Numbered from the stretch's first letter, positions 8,501 through 18,647 are shown. The stretch: 64,000 nucleotides of DNA from Acidobacteriota bacterium (GCA_046567085.1 JBKICP010000167.1:3051-67050); one strand, 5' to 3'. Notes: a model not told the origin generated them from the sequence alone. Numbers and translations are program-made.

Positions 8501-10165
8501 TCACATGAACTGGCGCATCAGGAAGAAGATGCCGGCGGCGAGCAGCGCGGCGGCCGGCAGGGTGAAGACCCAGGCAAGAGCGATGTTGCGAATGGTGGCG
8601 AACTGAAGCCCGCTGCCGTTCGCCGGCATCGTGCCCGCCACCCCCGAAGAGAGAACATGCGTGGTGGAGACGGGCATGTGGAACTGGTCCGCGCCGACAA
8701 TCGTGACCGCCGCAACAATCTGCGCGGCTGCCCCCTGAGCGTAAGTGAGGTGCTGCTTGCCGATCTTTTCGCCGACGGTGACCACGATGCGCTTCCAGCC
8801 GACCATGGTGCCCAGGCTCAGCGCGAGCGCGACTACGACCTTGACCCACGTGGGAATGAACTTGGTGGCGTTGTCGAGCTGATTCTTGTAAGCATGAAGG
8901 TCCCTGTTCTCCGCGGGCGTAAAGACCGGAGTTCCGTCCGTGCCGGCGTTCCTCGCCATCAGGCGGAGCGACTCGCTCACAATGTACATGTCGTTGCGAA
9001 CGTTTTCCTGCTAGCCGGCGGGGACTTTGTTCAGCGACTTGTAGAGGACGACTTCGTCGGAGATCTGATCGACCATCTGGCGCGTCGCGGCCAGCGTGTC
9101 CGGCGTGAACTGCCGGGTGCTGATATAGCCGGTGAGAACGGCGCGCGGATCCGGCGGGTCCGCCTCTGCGGAGGAGAGGTGGCGATCGAAAACCGCTTCC
9201 GCCTCGTGAGAGATGGCGGCGAAGGTCTGCGTCTGGCGATAGCCAACCGCGTGGTTGAGCGCGTAGGCGGTGGGCACCGTGCCGATGAGGATCAGCATGA
9301 TGAGCCCCATGCCCTTCTGGCCGTCGTTGGAGCCGTGACCGAAGCTCACACCGGTGCAGGTGAGGATGAGCAGGGCGCGAATCCACAACGGCGGCGGCTC
9401 CGATCCCCTGGGCGATTCGTAGAGAGCTTTGTTCCTGACGAAGACTTTCAGAATGAGCAGGAAAAGCGCCGCGCAGCCGAAGCCGACCACGGGCGAGATG
9501 AGCAGCACTTTGAAAACGCTGGAGGCTTGTTCCCAGTCGACGCCGCTGGTGGCGGTGCGCGAATTCATCAGCTGGTTGGCGATGCCGACGCCGATGATGG
9601 AGCCGATGAGAGTGTGCGAACTGGAAGCCGGCAGTCCGAACCACCAGGTGCTCAGGTTCCAGAGAACCGCCGCAATGAGCAGCGAGAAAACCATGGCGAA
9701 GCCCGGGCCTCGACCCACCTGGAGGATCAGTTCGACGGGCAGCAGCGACAGGATGGTGAAGGCGACCGCTCCGGAAGAGGTGAGAACGCCGATGAGGTTC
9801 CAGATGCCCGACCAGACGACGGCGACGTTCGGCTCCAGCGAATTGGTATAGATCACCGTGGCCACGGCATTGGCGGTGTCGTGAAAGCCATTGACGAATT
9901 CGAAACCCAGGGCAATCAGCAGCGCCAGGCCGAGCAGGATATAGGGCCACGCTGAGGGCAGATGGACGGCGGAGAGATCGCGGGCAATCTGCGACGCGGC
10001 ATAGATGAGGCCCGCGACCAGAGCCGCTGCAAAAAGCAGAATCCCGAACCGGCTGGGTGAGGCTTTCAGCCTGGCATCGGGAAATGAAGGGGAATAGATA
10101 ACGCTTTCCGGGGATACAGCGGCCGGAATCGGTTCCGGAATGGAGAGCCTTGCTCCTGCAGCCAT
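8501..10165 (-). pseudogene. PiT/PHO4-family inorganic phosphate transporter interrupted by an in-frame TAG (pseudogene or split gene)
   Basis: ORFs 9011-10267 and 8501-8989 share one reading frame. They are separated by TAG (plus-strand cta at 9011-9013). First half has GFEFVNGFHDTANAVAT; second half has VSTTHVLSSGVAGTM. Confidence 0.6.
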
Positions 10166-10305
10166 AAAGGTTGCCGGGACCAGTGTATAGGGTCCACACA
10201 GGGTGCAACCACGGTACCAATGGCTATTACCGCAGTGCGAGACGGCTGGCCGTGAGAGCCTACCCACCTGACAGCAAATGGGTTACGCATGAGATGCGCC
10301 CCGGT

Positions 10306-11244
10306 CTAGCTCCAGTCCCCCTGCGCGCTGAGCCGCTCGTTGATCACCTGCTCGAACTGTTCGTGCTTCTTGACATAAATTTCGCTGAAACTGCGGTCCT
10401 GGCGGAGCAAAATCGCCTGCAGTCGCACTAACTCCAGCAAAGCGAGGAACATCGCGACGATGGCGTTCACCGAGCGGCTGTTCGCGAGCAGCTTGGACAG
10501 CGCCACCGGCCGGTCTTCCATCATCAGCCGGCGGCGGACGAAGTCGATCATCTGGCGCACGGTGACGGTGTCTTCCCGTACATCGAGGACGGGGCGGTTC
10601 TTCGCCCGCTCGAGGATTTCGCGGAAGACCCGGACGAGGTCCATCGTGTCGGCGGCGATCTCCTGATCCGCGTTCGCCACCTCGCGAAACTCGCGGATGC
10701 CCGGATTAGTCCAGGAGGCCTCCTCCAGTTGCTGCTTCTGCTGCAGCATCTGGGCGGCGTTGCGGAAGCGCTCGTGTTCCAGCAGCCGCTCCACCAGTTC
10801 GTGACGGGGATCCTCAGCCTGGCCCTCGGCGGCTTCCAGCGGATCGCGCGGCAGCAGCATCTTGCTCTTGATGTGGATCAGCAGCGCCGACATGTAGATG
10901 AACTCCCCGGCCGTGTCCACATCGGAGGCCTTCAGATGCTCCACATAGGCGAGGAACTGCGCCGTAATCTTCGCGATGGGGATGTCGTAGATGTCGATGT
11001 TCTGCCTGCGAACGAGATCGAGCAGCAGATCGTAGGGACCCTCGTAGACCTGACCGACGATGACGGAGAAGGGGAAGGCGGACTCTTCCTCCTTGCGCAG
11101 ATCGGCCTTGGTCTTCTCGTACGGACCTTCGCGCCCCGCGGGGACTCCGCGTTCCGCGCCCTGAGCGGGGGCGGAAGCGGACTCCTGTGCCGGAGTCTGC
11201 TGCTCCGCTGTGGGCTGTTCGTGTTGGTCTTGGGGATCGGTCAT
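10306..11244 (-). CDS. scpA: Segregation and condensation protein A
   Basis: YEGPYDLLLDLVRRQNIDIYDIPIAKITAQFLAYV and C-terminal winged-helix region. 4-nt overlap with trpS. Confidence 0.85.
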   Translation of the reverse strand: MTDPQDQHEQPTAEQQTPAQESASAPAQGAERGVPAGREGPYEKTKADLRKEEESAFPFSVIVGQVYEGPYDLLLDLVRRQNIDIYDIPIAKITAQFLAYVEHLKASDVDTAGEFIYMSALLIHIKSKMLLPRDPLEAAEGQAEDPRHELVERLLEHERFRNAAQMLQQKQQLEEASWTNPGIREFREVANADQEIAADTMDLVRVFREILERAKNRPVLDVREDTVTVRQMIDFVRRRLMMEDRPVALSKLLANSRSVNAIVAMFLALLELVRLQAILLRQDRSFSEIYVKKHEQFEQVINERLSAQGDWS

Positions 11245-12284
11245 GCGGGGGATATTCCTGTAACGCCCATAGCGGAGCGCACTTCCTGCATCGTCTGCTC
11301 GGCGCGAGCGGTGGCGCGGCGGGCGCCCTCGGCGAGGATATCGGTGACGAGCCCAGGATTCTGTTCGAATTGCACGCGCCGCTCCTGGATCGGGGCGAGC
11401 GTGGCGACAATCGCGTCGGCGGTCCAGCTCTTACATTCGATGCAGCCGATGCCCGCCGTCGTGCAGCCTTCGTAGACCTTGGCGATGGTTTCCTGGTTGG
11501 AGAAGATCTTGTGCAGATCGCCGACCGGGCACTTGTCGGGATTGCCCGGATCTTTGCGGCGGATGCGCGCCGGGTCGGTGACCATGGGCTTGATCTTCGC
11601 GCGAATCTCCGCCTCGGGATCCGAGAGCAGGATCGTGTTGCCGTAGCTCTTGGACATCTTGCGGCCGTCGGTGCCAGGCAGCTTGGGCGCTGGCGTGAGG
11701 AGAGCCTGCGGCTCGGGCAGGATCTCGGCGCCGGCCGAGCCTTTGTACATCTGATTGAACCGCCGCGCCACTTCGCGTGTCAGTTCGACGTGGGCTACCT
11801 GATCCTGCCCGACCGGCACGAACGCCGGCTGGTAGAGCAGGATATCCGCGGCCTGCAGCAGTGGATATCCAAGGAACCCGTAGGTGCTCAGGTCTTTGTC
11901 GCGAATGTTCTCCTGCTGCTCCTTATACGTGGGAACGCGCTCCAGCCAGCCGACGGAGGTGATCATCGACAGCAGCAGATGCAGTTCGGCATGCGCCTTC
12001 ACGTCGCTCTGGACGAAGAGGACCGAGCGGGCCGGATCGAGGCCGGCGGCGAGGTAGTCGAGGATGACCTCGCGCTTGTTGGCCGCGATCTGCGAGGGAT
12101 CGGCGTAATCCGTGGTCAGCGCGTGCCAGTCGGCGATGAAGAAATAACAGTCGTAGGCGTCCTGCAGACGCACCCAGTTGTGCAGGGCGCCCATGTAGTT
12201 GCCGAGGTGCAGTTTACCGGTGGGGCGCATGCCGCTCAGGACACGCTTGCGTTCAGAAACAGGAGTCGACACAGAATCCTTCAA
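11241..12284 (-). CDS. trpS: Tryptophan--tRNA ligase
   Basis: Class I signatures: GKLHLGNYMG (HIGH-like) and KMSKS (KMSKSYGN). Confidence 0.95.
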   Translation of the reverse strand: MKDSVSTPVSERKRVLSGMRPTGKLHLGNYMGALHNWVRLQDAYDCYFFIADWHALTTDYADPSQIAANKREVILDYLAAGLDPARSVLFVQSDVKAHAELHLLLSMITSVGWLERVPTYKEQQENIRDKDLSTYGFLGYPLLQAADILLYQPAFVPVGQDQVAHVELTREVARRFNQMYKGSAGAEILPEPQALLTPAPKLPGTDGRKMSKSYGNTILLSDPEAEIRAKIKPMVTDPARIRRKDPGNPDKCPVGDLHKIFSNQETIAKVYEGCTTAGIGCIECKSWTADAIVATLAPIQERRVQFEQNPGLVTDILAEGARRATARAEQTMQEVRSAMGVTGISPA

Positions 12285-12403
12285 GAGGGAAATGGCTCTG
12301 GTTATTGTACCGGGAGCATTGCATGCAGCAGCCCCGCCTGCGGCGGAAAAACGCGGTGCTGCGCACCTCGACTGGGCTGTAATCTAGGTACCGGAACCCT
12401 CCT

Positions 12404-13093
12404 GTGAAGACCGCCATCAGCGTTTCCAAAGAGGACTACCTCAAGGCCATTCTCGAAGCCGAGAGCGAGGGCCAGACCGTCATCTCGGCGACGCTGGCGC
12501 ACTGGCTCGCGGTGTCGCCGCCGGCGGTTTCGATGGCGCTGCGCCGCCTGAAACGCGATGGCTTTGTAGAGGTGCGCTCCGATGGCGTGGTGCGCCTCAC
12601 GCCCAAAGGGCACGAGACGGCCTATCGCACCGCGCTGCGCCATCACCTCATCGAGCGCATGCTCTCGGAGATGTTCGGCATGCCGTGGTACGAGGTCCAC
12701 GACGAAGCCGAGCGCCTGGAGCACGCCGTCTCGCCCGCCTTCGAAGCGCTGCTGATGAAGAGGCTGGGCGAAAAAGGAACCTGTCCCCACGGCAACTCCG
12801 TGCTGCCGGAGAGCGACGCGACCCGCAAACGGCATGGCGTGCGCCCCCTGGCCGAAGTGGCTCCGGGCACCGACTACACCGTAACCAGCCTCTACGAGCG
12901 CGACGAGAAACTGCTGCGCTTCCTGCAGCAGGCCGGCATCGAGCCGGGCGGATCCGTCCGCGTCCTCCAGCGCAACTACGATCAGACCGTCGCGATCGAG
13001 ACCGAAGCGGGCAACTTCACCATCGGGCCCGCCGCCGCGGAGAAGGTGCGTGTGAAGAAATCCGCAGCCCGGACCGCGCGCAACAGCCATTGA
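12404..13093 (+). CDS. DtxR/MntR-family metal-dependent transcriptional repressor with C-terminal FeoA/SH3-like domain
   Basis: N-terminal wHTH (EDYLKAILEAE...LAVSPPAVSMALRRLKRDGFV). Metal-site region HHLIERML...EAERLEH. GTG start. Confidence 0.85.
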   Translation: MKTAISVSKEDYLKAILEAESEGQTVISATLAHWLAVSPPAVSMALRRLKRDGFVEVRSDGVVRLTPKGHETAYRTALRHHLIERMLSEMFGMPWYEVHDEAERLEHAVSPAFEALLMKRLGEKGTCPHGNSVLPESDATRKRHGVRPLAEVAPGTDYTVTSLYERDEKLLRFLQQAGIEPGGSVRVLQRNYDQTVAIETEAGNFTIGPAAAEKVRVKKSAARTARNSH

Positions 13094-13176
13094 TCGCAAT
13101 CCGCATTCCACGCGGTAACGCTTGCAGTCAAGAAAACTGAGCGCGGCATCCTCGCCGCCATGTAGCATTTTTCTCA

Positions 13177-16100
13177 GTGTTTCCGGCAATCTCCACGCTG
13201 CGGTCCTCCGTTGTTCTGTGCGCCGTCTTCATCGCGCTGACAGGATTTCCCGCGCGAGCGCTCGACCCGCACACGGCGCTGGCCCAGTATGGCTACCAGT
13301 CCTGGCAGACCGACACCGGCCTGCCGCAGAACACCGTCCACGCCATCGTGCAGGGCCGCGGCGGCTTCCTCTGGATCGCGACCGAGGGCGGACTCGTGCG
13401 CTTCGATGGCGTGGACTTCCGTACCTGGACGCGCGCGAACACCCCGGCTCTGCCCAGCGATCTCATCGACGACCTGATGGAGGATCGCGCGGGCGCCCTG
13501 TGGATCGGCACCTCCGGTGGTCTGGCGCGGATGCGCGCAGGCGCGGTCGAGCCGCTCGGCCCTGCACGGGGAATGCCGTCGACCCAGGTATGGCGCACCT
13601 TCGAGGATGCCCGGGGCAGGATATGGGCGCTGACGGCGGCGGGGCTCTTTCGCATCGAAGGCGAACAGGCGACGCGGCTCTCGCTGGACGACGGCCTGAC
13701 AGAAAACAGCCGGATAGCCGCAGGCCGGGATGGTGCGCTGTGGCTCGGCTCGGCCGATGGCCTGTTGTGCGCCGGTGCGGACGGCGTGTTTCGCAGGGTC
13801 GGCGGCGCAGGCGAGGTCACCGTGCTGGCGGTTGACGGCGATGGCCGCGCATGGGCGGGATTGCGCACTGGCCTTGAGGTTTGCTCTCCGGACACTTGCC
13901 GGAGCGTGGATTTGCCCGGCAGCCAGACGGTGAATGCTCTGGCCGCCGACGCTTCCGGGCATGTGTGGATCGGAACCGATGCCCGCTTATATGCAGCGCG
14001 CGGAACGCAGGTGACTGCATTCGACCAGGAGGCAGGACGCGTCGACTTTCTCCACGTCGATCGTGAGGGCATGCTGTGGGCGGGCACGGCACATGGCCTG
14101 ATGCGCATCGCTCCCGACTCGCCGCAGCGCGCCGAACTGCTGCCGGGCGGCGACGTCTTCCTCAGTGCCGCGGAAGATCGCGAAGGAGATTTGTGGCTGG
14201 GCACGGAGTCGGGCGGCTTGGCAGTCCTGCGCGATCGTAAGTTCACCACCTTGACAGCGGAGAACGGGCTGACCGACGAGTATGTCCTCGCGCTGGCCCA
14301 GGCTCCGAACGGGCAGGTGGCCGCAGGCACCAAGGGCGGCGGCCTGAACGTCTTTCGCGACGGAAAATTTCATGCCCTGACCACCGAACAGGGTTTGTCC
14401 AGCAACGTGGTGCTCGCCGTGGCCGCCGCGGCGAACGGCGATGTGTGGGTGGGGACGCCGGATGGCCTCGATCTGCTCCACGACGGCCGCGTGGCGCGGG
14501 CGTTCACAACGGCCGATGGCCTTGCCGACGACTTTGTCCGTTCGCTGCTGGTCGGTCGTCGCGGCGCCTTGTGGATCGGCACGCGCCGGGGCCTGTCGCT
14601 CTACGAGAATGGAAAATTCACCACCTGGACGGCGATCGATGGCCTGGGCAGCGATCTGATCGGAGCCATGGTGGAGACGAACGACGGATCCCTGTGGATC
14701 GGAACCCTCGGAGGACTGAGCCGCTATCGCGAGGGGAAGTTCACCAACTTCACCACGAAGGACGGCCTCTCCAGCAACGTGGTCACGGCTCTGCACGAAG
14801 ATAAAGACGGAACCCTCTGGATCGGAACGAACGACGGCGGCCTGAACCGCTGGCGGAACGGCAGAATTGTGAGCATAGCGTCGCCGCAACTTCCCTATCG
14901 CGTCATCGGCATCCTGGAAGACGGTAGCGGCTATTTGTGGATCAGTTCCAACACCGGCATCTATCGTACGCGCCGCGCGTCCCTGAACCGCATGGCCGAT
15001 GGCGGCCCGGCGGGTGAGGTGATGCGCTTCGGCGTTGCCGATGGCATGCGTATCAGCGAGTGCTCGAGCGGCGGACATCCGGCGGCGGTGCGGCTGAGCG
15101 ACGGAACCCTGTGGTTTGCGACCCTGAAGGGCATCGCCCGCGTCGATCCCGAACACATGCCGATGAATCAGGTGCCCCCCCGCGTAGTCGTGGAGCAGGT
15201 GAGTGTCGACGACGTGGCGCAGGCGTCCACGTCGCAGCTCAGGGTGCCCCCGGGGCACAGCCACTACGAGTTCGACTACGCCGGGCTGAGTTTTGTCGCG
15301 CCGCAGAAGGTCGAGTATCGCTACCGGCTCGAAGGATTCGATCCCGACTGGGTGGATGCCGGGACGCGTCGCGCGGCGTATTACACCAATCTGCCGCACG
15401 GCCGCTACACGTTTCGCGTGATCGCGCGCAACAACGACGGCGTATGGAGCCAGGCCGCGGCCACCGCCGGTCTGATCGTCGAGCCGCACGTCTATCAGAC
15501 CCTCTGGTTCCGGTTGCTCGTGCTCCTCGCCCTTGCCGCGCTCGGCTATGCCGCGTGGCGGCGTCGCCTCCAGCGGGTGGAGCGCGAATTTCAGGCTGTG
15601 CTGGGCGAGCGAACGCGCATCGCGCGCGAAATTCACGATACGCTGGCACAGGGATTCGTTGCTGTCTCGGTCCATCTGGAACTGGTCGCGCAGCTCATGC
15701 GGAGCTCCGCCGATGCCGCCAGAGAACAGCTGGAGCGGGCTCAGGCGCTGGTGCGCAGCAGTCTCGATGACGCTCGCACCTCGATCTGGGAACTTCGCTC
15801 GCAGGCCGGTGAACGCGAGGACCTGGCGGCGCGGATTCTCAAGATGGCCGAAGAGGTCACCGGACGGGCGCACGCGCGCGCCCGGGTGCAGATGCACGTT
15901 ACCGGAATGAATCATCCGCTCGACGAAGACGTGGAGCGGGAACTGATTCGGATCGCGCGCGAGGCCGTCACGAACGCTGTGCGGCATGGCGATCCGGAGA
16001 ACATTGCCGTGCGCCTGGAGTTTGAGGGGAGTATGTTCGGGATGGAGATTCGCGACGATGGGCGCGGTTTCGCGGGGACGCCGCCCGACGGATCGAGCGG

Positions 16101-16236
16101 CCACTTCGGCGTGACGGGCATGCGGGAGCGCGCGCAGGCGATCGGCGCCACCCTCGCCATGGAGAGCCATCCCGGGCAGGGAACCGCCGTGCGCCTGGCG
16201 CTGGCCCTGAGCCGCGAAATGGAGAAACAAACGTAA
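13177..16236 (+). CDS. Hybrid-architecture sensor histidine kinase: signal/TM, two-component-regulator beta-propeller repeats, Y_Y_Y domain, TM, HisKA_3, HATPase
   Basis: Repeated LWIGT/GGL propeller motifs. YRYRLEGFDPDW (Y_Y_Y). H-box REIHDTLAQGF. ATPase N/G boxes NAVRHG, DDGRGF, GVTGMRERA. Confidence 0.85.
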   Translation: MFPAISTLRSSVVLCAVFIALTGFPARALDPHTALAQYGYQSWQTDTGLPQNTVHAIVQGRGGFLWIATEGGLVRFDGVDFRTWTRANTPALPSDLIDDLMEDRAGALWIGTSGGLARMRAGAVEPLGPARGMPSTQVWRTFEDARGRIWALTAAGLFRIEGEQATRLSLDDGLTENSRIAAGRDGALWLGSADGLLCAGADGVFRRVGGAGEVTVLAVDGDGRAWAGLRTGLEVCSPDTCRSVDLPGSQTVNALAADASGHVWIGTDARLYAARGTQVTAFDQEAGRVDFLHVDREGMLWAGTAHGLMRIAPDSPQRAELLPGGDVFLSAAEDREGDLWLGTESGGLAVLRDRKFTTLTAENGLTDEYVLALAQAPNGQVAAGTKGGGLNVFRDGKFHALTTEQGLSSNVVLAVAAAANGDVWVGTPDGLDLLHDGRVARAFTTADGLADDFVRSLLVGRRGALWIGTRRGLSLYENGKFTTWTAIDGLGSDLIGAMVETNDGSLWIGTLGGLSRYREGKFTNFTTKDGLSSNVVTALHEDKDGTLWIGTNDGGLNRWRNGRIVSIASPQLPYRVIGILEDGSGYLWISSNTGIYRTRRASLNRMADGGPAGEVMRFGVADGMRISECSSGGHPAAVRLSDGTLWFATLKGIARVDPEHMPMNQVPPRVVVEQVSVDDVAQASTSQLRVPPGHSHYEFDYAGLSFVAPQKVEYRYRLEGFDPDWVDAGTRRAAYYTNLPHGRYTFRVIARNNDGVWSQAAATAGLIVEPHVYQTLWFRLLVLLALAALGYAAWRRRLQRVEREFQAVLGERTRIAREIHDTLAQGFVAVSVHLELVAQLMRSSADAAREQLERAQALVRSSLDDARTSIWELRSQAGEREDLAARILKMAEEVTGRAHARARVQMHVTGMNHPLDEDVERELIRIAREAVTNAVRHGDPENIAVRLEFEGSMFGMEIRDDGRGFAGTPPDGSSGHFGVTGMRERAQAIGATLAMESHPGQGTAVRLALALSREMEKQT

Positions 16237-16238
16237 CT

Positions 16239-16865
16239 ATGACGGATACAATCAGAATCCTCCTCGTCGACGACCACCACATTGTGCGCCAGGGGCTGGC
16301 TGCGCTGCTGAAAACGGTTCCCGGAATCTCCGTGGTGGCCGAGGCTTCCGACGGAGAGCAGGCGGTCGAGCTCTTCCGCCGGCACAAGCCGGATGTGACG
16401 CTCATGGACCTGCGCCTGCCGAAGATGAATGGCGTGGATGCCATCGGCCGTATCCGTCAGGAATTTCCCGGCGCGCGCATCATCGTGCTCACCACCTTCG
16501 ACGGCGACGAGGATATCTACCGCGCCATGCAGGCGGGCGCGAAGGGCTACCTGCTGAAGGGTATGGACCTGAACGAGCTCACCGAGGCCGTGAAGGTCGT
16601 TCATGCCGGGAAATCGCGCATCCCGTCGCGCGTGGCGGAGAAGCTCGCCGAACGCATGGGCGGTGCCACCCTCACCGCGCGCGAACTGGAAGTGCTGCAC
16701 CTGATCGTGGCCGGCAAGAGCAACAAAGACATCGGGAGTGCGCTGTTCATTTCCGAAGCAACCGTCAAGACCCACGTGAACAGCCTGCTGAGCAAGCTGG
16801 GTGTCGAAGATCGCACCCAGGCTGCGACCACGGCCCTGCAGCGTGGGATCGTGCATCTGGATTGA
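16239..16865 (+). CDS. NarL/LuxR-family response regulator
   Basis: Receiver domain (ILLVDDH...LMDLRLPKMNG). LuxR HTH (LTARELEVLHLIVAGKSNKDIG...TVKTHV). Starts 3 nt after the kinase stop. Confidence 0.9.
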   Translation: MTDTIRILLVDDHHIVRQGLAALLKTVPGISVVAEASDGEQAVELFRRHKPDVTLMDLRLPKMNGVDAIGRIRQEFPGARIIVLTTFDGDEDIYRAMQAGAKGYLLKGMDLNELTEAVKVVHAGKSRIPSRVAEKLAERMGGATLTARELEVLHLIVAGKSNKDIGSALFISEATVKTHVNSLLSKLGVEDRTQAATTALQRGIVHLD

Positions 16866-16895
16866 GAAGCAGCAGTCAGGAACCTGGGAGCAGGA

Positions 16896-17444
16896 ATGGG
16901 ACGAGCGAGAGCAGTTCGCGGCTTAAAGTGGATGATGGCGGCAGGCCTGATGGCCATGCTGGCCATCGGCGCATGGGCTCAGGAACGACACAGCGCGGAG
17001 TGGCGCGTGGCCACCGATGCCGAGCTGCGCTCCGTGATACCGGCGCGCGCGCCGGTCGTGCAGGAGCGGATCGAGACCGAGATGCGCTCGGCCTCCGGCA
17101 TCACCAACGGACACGGCAAATATATTGCCGGCGTCGTGCTCATCACCGCCGGCTATTCCGCAGAGGGGAAGTACTCGCATTTCTTCCTCACTCAGGTGCC
17201 TCTGCGGATCGGTACGGACGTGCAACTGGCGCCGGGCGAATACCTGATCGGTTACGAACACGGGGAGAATAACGAGCTGATGATTCGCTTTTACGATGCG
17301 GCCACCGGACACCCCGAGGGCAAAGTGCAGGCGACCCTGATGACCGGTTCCACGCGCGTAGAATCGTTTCGCATTTGGCCGCCTGCCGATCGTGCCACCA
17401 TCCAGATTGGACGATTTGGTTTCAGTTATCAGATTGGGAGCTGA
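16896..17444 (+). CDS. Hypothetical secreted protein
   Basis: Signal peptide (MMAAGLMAMLAIGAWAQ). Coding-like composition. Ends 6 nt before the next gene. No family recognised. Confidence 0.55.
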   Translation: MGRARAVRGLKWMMAAGLMAMLAIGAWAQERHSAEWRVATDAELRSVIPARAPVVQERIETEMRSASGITNGHGKYIAGVVLITAGYSAEGKYSHFFLTQVPLRIGTDVQLAPGEYLIGYEHGENNELMIRFYDAATGHPEGKVQATLMTGSTRVESFRIWPPADRATIQIGRFGFSYQIGS

Positions 17445-17450
17445 CGACGC

Positions 17451-18647
17451 ATGCCGCAGAGTTTGACGCAGAAAGAACAGAAGGTGCTGGAGGCGCTGAA
17501 CGAAAACTGGCAGGCCGAGATGCGTGGCTTCCATACCTACAACACCCTCTCGGAACGCGACGACGACCCCATCCGCAAGAAGACGCTGCGGCATATGGCG
17601 GAGCAGGAAGCGCACCACGCGGCCCTGTGGGCAAAGCGCATTCGCGAGTTGGGCGCCGAGCTGCCGAAGTATGAGGGCAAGGAATCGGGCGACGCCGACA
17701 CTCTGGTCAACCGCCTGGGCGGCCCGCAGATGGCGCTGCGTCGGCTGGAGATCGAAGAGAGCCGCGACATCGCGCGCTACGGCCAGCAGCTGAAGGACCT
17801 GGGCGACGAGCCCAGCATCGAAATCCTCAATCAGGTCATCGCCGAGGAACAGGAGCACTATCGCGAGCTGAGCGAGCTGGTGCGCCACCGCTATCCCCGG
17901 ACGCCGGTGACGTCGGAGATGGCGCGCAAGGAACTGGACGAGTTGCTCACACGCCGCAATCGCTCGGGCCGGCAGACAGCAGGCTGGATCGGCGATGCGA
18001 TTTACGGCGTGAACGATGGATTGGGTGCGATCTTCGGCATCGTATCCGGCGTCTCCGGCGCGACTTTGGGCAACAGCCACTGGGTGCTGCTCTCGGGGAT
18101 GGCCGGCATGATCGCGAGCGCGCTTTCCATGGGCTCAGGCGCGTATCTTGCGGCGAAGAGCGAGCGCGAGATCTACGAGGCTGAGCTGACCCGGGAGCGC
18201 GATGCCATCGCCATGAACGGCCCCGAAGCCCGCGAGCTTCTCTCGCTCTACTACCAGGTGAAGGGCATTCCGCGCGACGATGCGGATCACGTCGTCGAGC
18301 ACCTGGCCGAGTCGCCGGAGCAGTTCACACGCGCCCTCGCCGCCGAGCGCCTGAATATGACCGAAGAAGGCCTCAGCCAGCCGTGGGTTTCTGCCTGGTC
18401 CGGAGCCCTCTCCACGGCCGTCGGCGCCTTCGTCCCGATCCTGCCGTTCTTCTTCATGAACGGCATTCGCGCCGTGATCGCTTCCGCCATCATCTCGCTG
18501 ATCGCGCATTTCGCCGTGGGAGCCGCCAAGTCGTTGATCACCGTGCGCAGCTGGTGGGCCAGCGGTCTGGAGATGACCCTGGTGGGTGCACTCGAAGGCA
18601 TTGCGACGTACGTCATCGGTATCGGCCTCGGACACCTCGGCGCTTAG
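17451..18647 (+). CDS. mbfA: Ferritin-like (erythrin) domain fused to VIT1/CCC1 membrane domain; MbfA-type iron/manganese exporter
   Basis: N-terminal four-helix ExxH motifs (EQEAHHAALW, EEQEHYREL). C-terminal VIT1 region (GVNDGLGAIFGIVSGV and TM helices). Confidence 0.75.
   Translation: MPQSLTQKEQKVLEALNENWQAEMRGFHTYNTLSERDDDPIRKKTLRHMAEQEAHHAALWAKRIRELGAELPKYEGKESGDADTLVNRLGGPQMALRRLEIEESRDIARYGQQLKDLGDEPSIEILNQVIAEEQEHYRELSELVRHRYPRTPVTSEMARKELDELLTRRNRSGRQTAGWIGDAIYGVNDGLGAIFGIVSGVSGATLGNSHWVLLSGMAGMIASALSMGSGAYLAAKSEREIYEAELTRERDAIAMNGPEARELLSLYYQVKGIPRDDADHVVEHLAESPEQFTRALAAERLNMTEEGLSQPWVSAWSGALSTAVGAFVPILPFFFMNGIRAVIASAIISLIAHFAVGAAKSLITVRSWWASGLEMTLVGALEGIATYVIGIGLGHLGA

Noticed and set aside
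8361-10220. 619-aa minus-strand ORF overlapping the PiT gene in another frame
   Set aside because: It is an alternate frame of the transporter. It is Arg/Gly/Pro/His-rich and is not membrane-protein-like, whereas the PiT frame has clear family signatures.
12285-12403. T-box or other leader riboswitch upstream of trpS
   Set aside because: Only 119 nt are available. No specifier-loop or T-box consensus and no terminator/antiterminator pair were seen. The region more likely holds divergent promoters.
13987-16230. 747-aa minus-strand ORF
   Set aside because: It is antisense to the sensor kinase gene, whose motifs (propeller repeats, H-box, ATPase boxes) are unambiguous. Its composition is Arg/Gly/Ala-biased and it has no domains.
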